Part shown: piece after piece, positions 61,080-64,000 of the stretch
Position numbering within the stretch: position 1 is the stretch's first letter
How the letters are laid out: each line of letters opens with the position of its first letter
Assembly (NCBI GenBank): GCA_963666985.2
Contig: CAXXIA010000003.1
Coordinates: forward strand, 96,001 to 160,000
DNA: 64,000 nucleotides
From: Spirochaetia bacterium
GTDB taxonomy: Bacteria; Spirochaetota; Spirochaetia; DSM-2461
Direction: 5' to 3'
Program-made: the position numbers and the translations under genes
The notes under the pieces: generated by a model
Seen by the model: the letters and a program-made list of their open reading frames with translations, nothing else
Database searches by the model: none
What the model was told of the DNA's origin: nothing

Positions 61080-62093
61080 TTGATTACGAAAAGTCCGAAG
61101 CGTGCAACCATTTACGACGTCGCTTCCGAAGCGGGAGTCAGCATTACCACCGTTTCGCGCTTTCTGAACAATACAAAGGAAGTAAAAGCCGAGACCGGAC
61201 TTCGTATCGCGGAGGCCATGGAAGTTCTCGATTACGTTCCCCATGGAAATACCGGAAGCCGGGCCGTCAGATCCGTCGGCCGCATCGGCGTCTTAACTCC
61301 GTTTTTTCCGGCGCCTTCTTTTTCACAAAGACTCGAGGGCATCATCCCCGTATTTCGAAATGAGAATTACGAAACGGTTATTTATACCATCGAGAGTACG
61401 GAACAGCTTAATGAATATTTAACATCCGTACCGTTCACTAGGCGCATAGACGGTTTGGTCCTGATGTCCGTTCGGCTCGGCAAAGAACACCATCGCATCC
61501 TGGCCGACTCAGGGCTCCAAGTGGTGATGGTGGAAAACGATGATGAACATTACTCGCGTGTTCTGGCCGACGACTATCAGGGCGGCCGAATCGCCGCGGA
61601 ACTCTTTATACGAAAGAACTATTTCCCCTGCGCCTACATGGGAGACAACAATAAAGGCGTGGCCTACAGTCTTCATCCTTCCGAAGTCCGTTTGAACGGC
61701 TTTCGCGAAACCTTGGAAACGCAAGGAATCTGTCTGGATAAATCACTTATACTGAAATCGGATACTTCCGTGGAAAACGCCGAATCGGTTTTCGGCGCCC
61801 ATATGGACAAGAACGGAGCTCCAAGGGCGATATTTGCCATGTCGGATATTCAAGCGATAGGGATTCTCAAAGCCGCTCGAGCGAGGAATCTGCGCGTTCC
61901 CGAGGATTTGGCGGTTATGGGATTCGACGACATAGAGGCCGCAGGATGGATGGAGCTTTCTTCCATCACTCAGCATCTTTATGATTCCGGCCGTATTGCC
62001 GCCGGATTGCTTCTGGAGAGAATCGCGGGGCGGGGAACGGCGCTGCAGAAAGTGAATCTCCAGGTGGAATTGGTGGAACGATCCACCACTTAA
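61080..62093 (+). CDS. LacI family transcriptional regulator
   Basis: TIYDVASEAGVSITTVSRFLN and VPEDLAVMGFDD motifs. Confidence 0.96.
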   Translation: MITKSPKRATIYDVASEAGVSITTVSRFLNNTKEVKAETGLRIAEAMEVLDYVPHGNTGSRAVRSVGRIGVLTPFFPAPSFSQRLEGIIPVFRNENYETVIYTIESTEQLNEYLTSVPFTRRIDGLVLMSVRLGKEHHRILADSGLQVVMVENDDEHYSRVLADDYQGGRIAAELFIRKNYFPCAYMGDNNKGVAYSLHPSEVRLNGFRETLETQGICLDKSLILKSDTSVENAESVFGAHMDKNGAPRAIFAMSDIQAIGILKAARARNLRVPEDLAVMGFDDIEAAGWMELSSITQHLYDSGRIAAGLLLERIAGRGTALQKVNLQVELVERSTT

Positions 62094-62140
62094 TAAAGGA
62101 ATCCATCGGCTCAAGGGCCGATTAGGAAAGGAGTTTTTCA

Positions 62141-63445
62141 ATGAAGAGAGTACTGTTAACGGTATTAACGATCCTGCTGCTTGCTTCGCTGGTCTTTGTC
62201 GGCTGCAAAAAAGAAGAAACGGCAAAAGCACCCGCGGAGAAAGCGGAGCCCAAGGTCGTTACCATGGCCGGTCCCTTCGTGGACAGCGATGCCGTGAAAT
62301 TCGAAGCTTCCATCAAAGCTTACGAAGAAGAAACAGGCATCGACATCCAATACGACGGTTCCAAGGAATTCGAGGCGTCCATCCGCATCCGCGTTGAGGG
62401 CGGCGATGCTCCCGATATCGCCGACTTCCCGCAGCCGGGCCTGCTCGATGCCTTTGTCGGAGGCGGATACGTCGTCGACCTGAACAAGGTTCTGGACATG
62501 GGTAAGGTTAAGTCCAACTACATCCAAAGCTGGCTCGACATGGCCACCATGGAATCCCCCGAGGGACCCATCATGGCCGGTATCTGGGGCCGTGTTAACG
62601 GCAAGTCCCTGGTTTGGTATAACAAGGCCGCATTCGATGCCGCCGGTTATAAAGTTCCGAATACCTGGGACGAACTGATGGCTCTCCAGAAACAGATTGT
62701 CGCCGACGGCGATACTCCCTGGGCCGTTGGTATCGAATCGGGCGCAGCCACAGGCTGGCCGATGACCGACTGGGTTGAAGAGATGATGCTCCGCACCACC
62801 AGTCTTTCGAATTACGACAAGTGGGTTTCCGGTGAACTGAAGTTCAACTCTCCGGAAGTTCGCGCGGCCATTGAGAGCATCAATGAGCTCTGGCTGAAAG
62901 ACGGACTGGCTTACGGCGGACGTGAAGCCATCGCCACCACCAGTTTCGGTGATTCTCCCAAGGTGATGTTCGAAGATCCTCCCAAGGCTTGGCTGCACAA
63001 GCAGGGAAACTTCATCACCAGCTTCTTCCCCGAAAACCTGAAAGCCGGTGTTGATTACGATTTCTTCTACCTGCCTTGTAAGGATCCTTCCCTCGGACGT
63101 CCCGTTCTGGTTGCCGGCGACATCTACGCCATGTTCAACGACAGACCGGAAGTCCGCGAAACCATGCAGTATTTCGCCACAGGCGCTTCGGTTGAAGGCT
63201 GGGTACGGGCCGGCGGAGCCATTTCCCCGCATAAAGACTCGGATCTGAGCTGGTACAGCAACGAAGTCGACCGAAAAGTGGCTGAAGTCATTCAGAACGC
63301 CACCAGTGTCCGTTTCGACGGTTCGGACCTGATGCCCGGTGCCGTCGGCGCCGGTTCCTTCTGGAAGGAAATGACCGCCTACGTCTCCGGTGCCAAGAGT
63401 CTTGACGCGGCCTTGAAAGCCATCGACGCGTCCTGGCCCAAGTAA
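62141..63445 (+). CDS. ABC sugar-binding lipoprotein (AglE-like, alpha-glucosides)
   Basis: Lipobox FVGC; PDIADFPQPG, KSLVWYNK, ESGAATGWP.TDWVE and FDGSDLMPGAVG motifs. Confidence 0.9.
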   Translation: MKRVLLTVLTILLLASLVFVGCKKEETAKAPAEKAEPKVVTMAGPFVDSDAVKFEASIKAYEEETGIDIQYDGSKEFEASIRIRVEGGDAPDIADFPQPGLLDAFVGGGYVVDLNKVLDMGKVKSNYIQSWLDMATMESPEGPIMAGIWGRVNGKSLVWYNKAAFDAAGYKVPNTWDELMALQKQIVADGDTPWAVGIESGAATGWPMTDWVEEMMLRTTSLSNYDKWVSGELKFNSPEVRAAIESINELWLKDGLAYGGREAIATTSFGDSPKVMFEDPPKAWLHKQGNFITSFFPENLKAGVDYDFFYLPCKDPSLGRPVLVAGDIYAMFNDRPEVRETMQYFATGASVEGWVRAGGAISPHKDSDLSWYSNEVDRKVAEVIQNATSVRFDGSDLMPGAVGAGSFWKEMTAYVSGAKSLDAALKAIDASWPK

Positions 63446-63695
63446 TCGGTTTTTCCGACGATTGGATTTTTCGGATTATCAGGCGGACCTCCGGAGATGC
63501 CTGAAAAAATAAGTCCGCGGAATTCAAAAGATGCGTATCTGCGCCCACGGCGGATTTCGGATCCGCCGTGGGTTTACCCTTGGCTTCCGGAAACATTCCG
63601 AAGATTTTATTACGGAATCCGGGAGCAAGGGCCCTTTCCCCGATCCGCCGTCCGCTTTCGGACGACGGATCGGGGAAGCGGAAAAGGAGGACCGA

Positions 63696-64000
63696 ATGCT
63701 GCAAGATCTTAAACCCGGTATTCGCATACCGGCGCTAATTCTACTGTTGGTGCTGACGCTTGCATTCCTGATTGGAGGCTTCTCTCTCCTTCAGGGACAA
63801 GCCATTCAAAAACAAAAAGTCGTTTTAACTCTTACGGCTATTATCTGGGGATTGGTTTCGGTGGCGCTTTTATTCTTTGTGATGAATGAAATCGCTTCAT
63901 CCATGCCGCGCCGTATCCGTTCCTCCGCGGTAGCGGTTGTTTTTGCCGGACCGGCGGTGGCCCTTCTGGTCTGGGCTCTCGTCCTCCCGACGCTCAGATC
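63696..64000 (+). CDS. ABC sugar permease, 5' part (runs off window)
   Basis: RBS AGGAGG, then an open hydrophobic frame MLQDLKPG...FAGPAVALLVWALVLPTLR. Confidence 0.8.
   Translation, partial: MLQDLKPGIRIPALILLLVLTLAFLIGGFSLLQGQAIQKQKVVLTLTAIIWGLVSVALLFFVMNEIASSMPRRIRSSAVAVVFAGPAVALLVWALVLPTLR

Overview
A gene-dense window from what is most likely a spirochaete (Spirochaetota). This assignment is inferred from FapA/DUF342, a TPR-PEGA protein, a multi-TM MCP, a stand-alone rpsD and a 'FATGAGE'-type solute-binding-protein leader. In order it holds: a frameshifted FapA gene; a flavin/quinone electron-transfer locus resembling the Listeria FLEET system (Ndh2 with membrane C-terminus, polyprenyl synthase, MenA/DmkA-like prenyltransferase, tandem FMN-binding PplA-like protein); housekeeping genes (EamA, TrmJ, Cof HAD, GAF/HD-GYP, rpsD); an isomerase/split transketolase/FGGY kinase/DeoR sugar cluster; an Rrf2-sufCBDSU operon; an MCP; a dispersed reductive pyrimidine-degradation set (hydA, NCS2 permease with sigma54 promoter, preTA); a GGDEF + TPR/PEGA pair; a SiaP-like TRAP / NanA / SDR / second aldolase sugar-acid cluster; OmpA; Lhr; an NtrC-type regulator; LtaE; two HADs; and a LacI-controlled alpha-glucoside locus (GH4, GH65, ABC). 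No rRNA, tRNA, CRISPR array or intact transposase was seen. The best candidate for a new system is the FLEET-like locus in a diderm, whose Ndh2 carries a duplicated Ala/Ser-rich loop with several ApbE-type flavinylation-like motifs. Many single-base indels in the first 3.6 kb suggest sequencing error there. All calls come from reading motifs by eye; no database searches were run.
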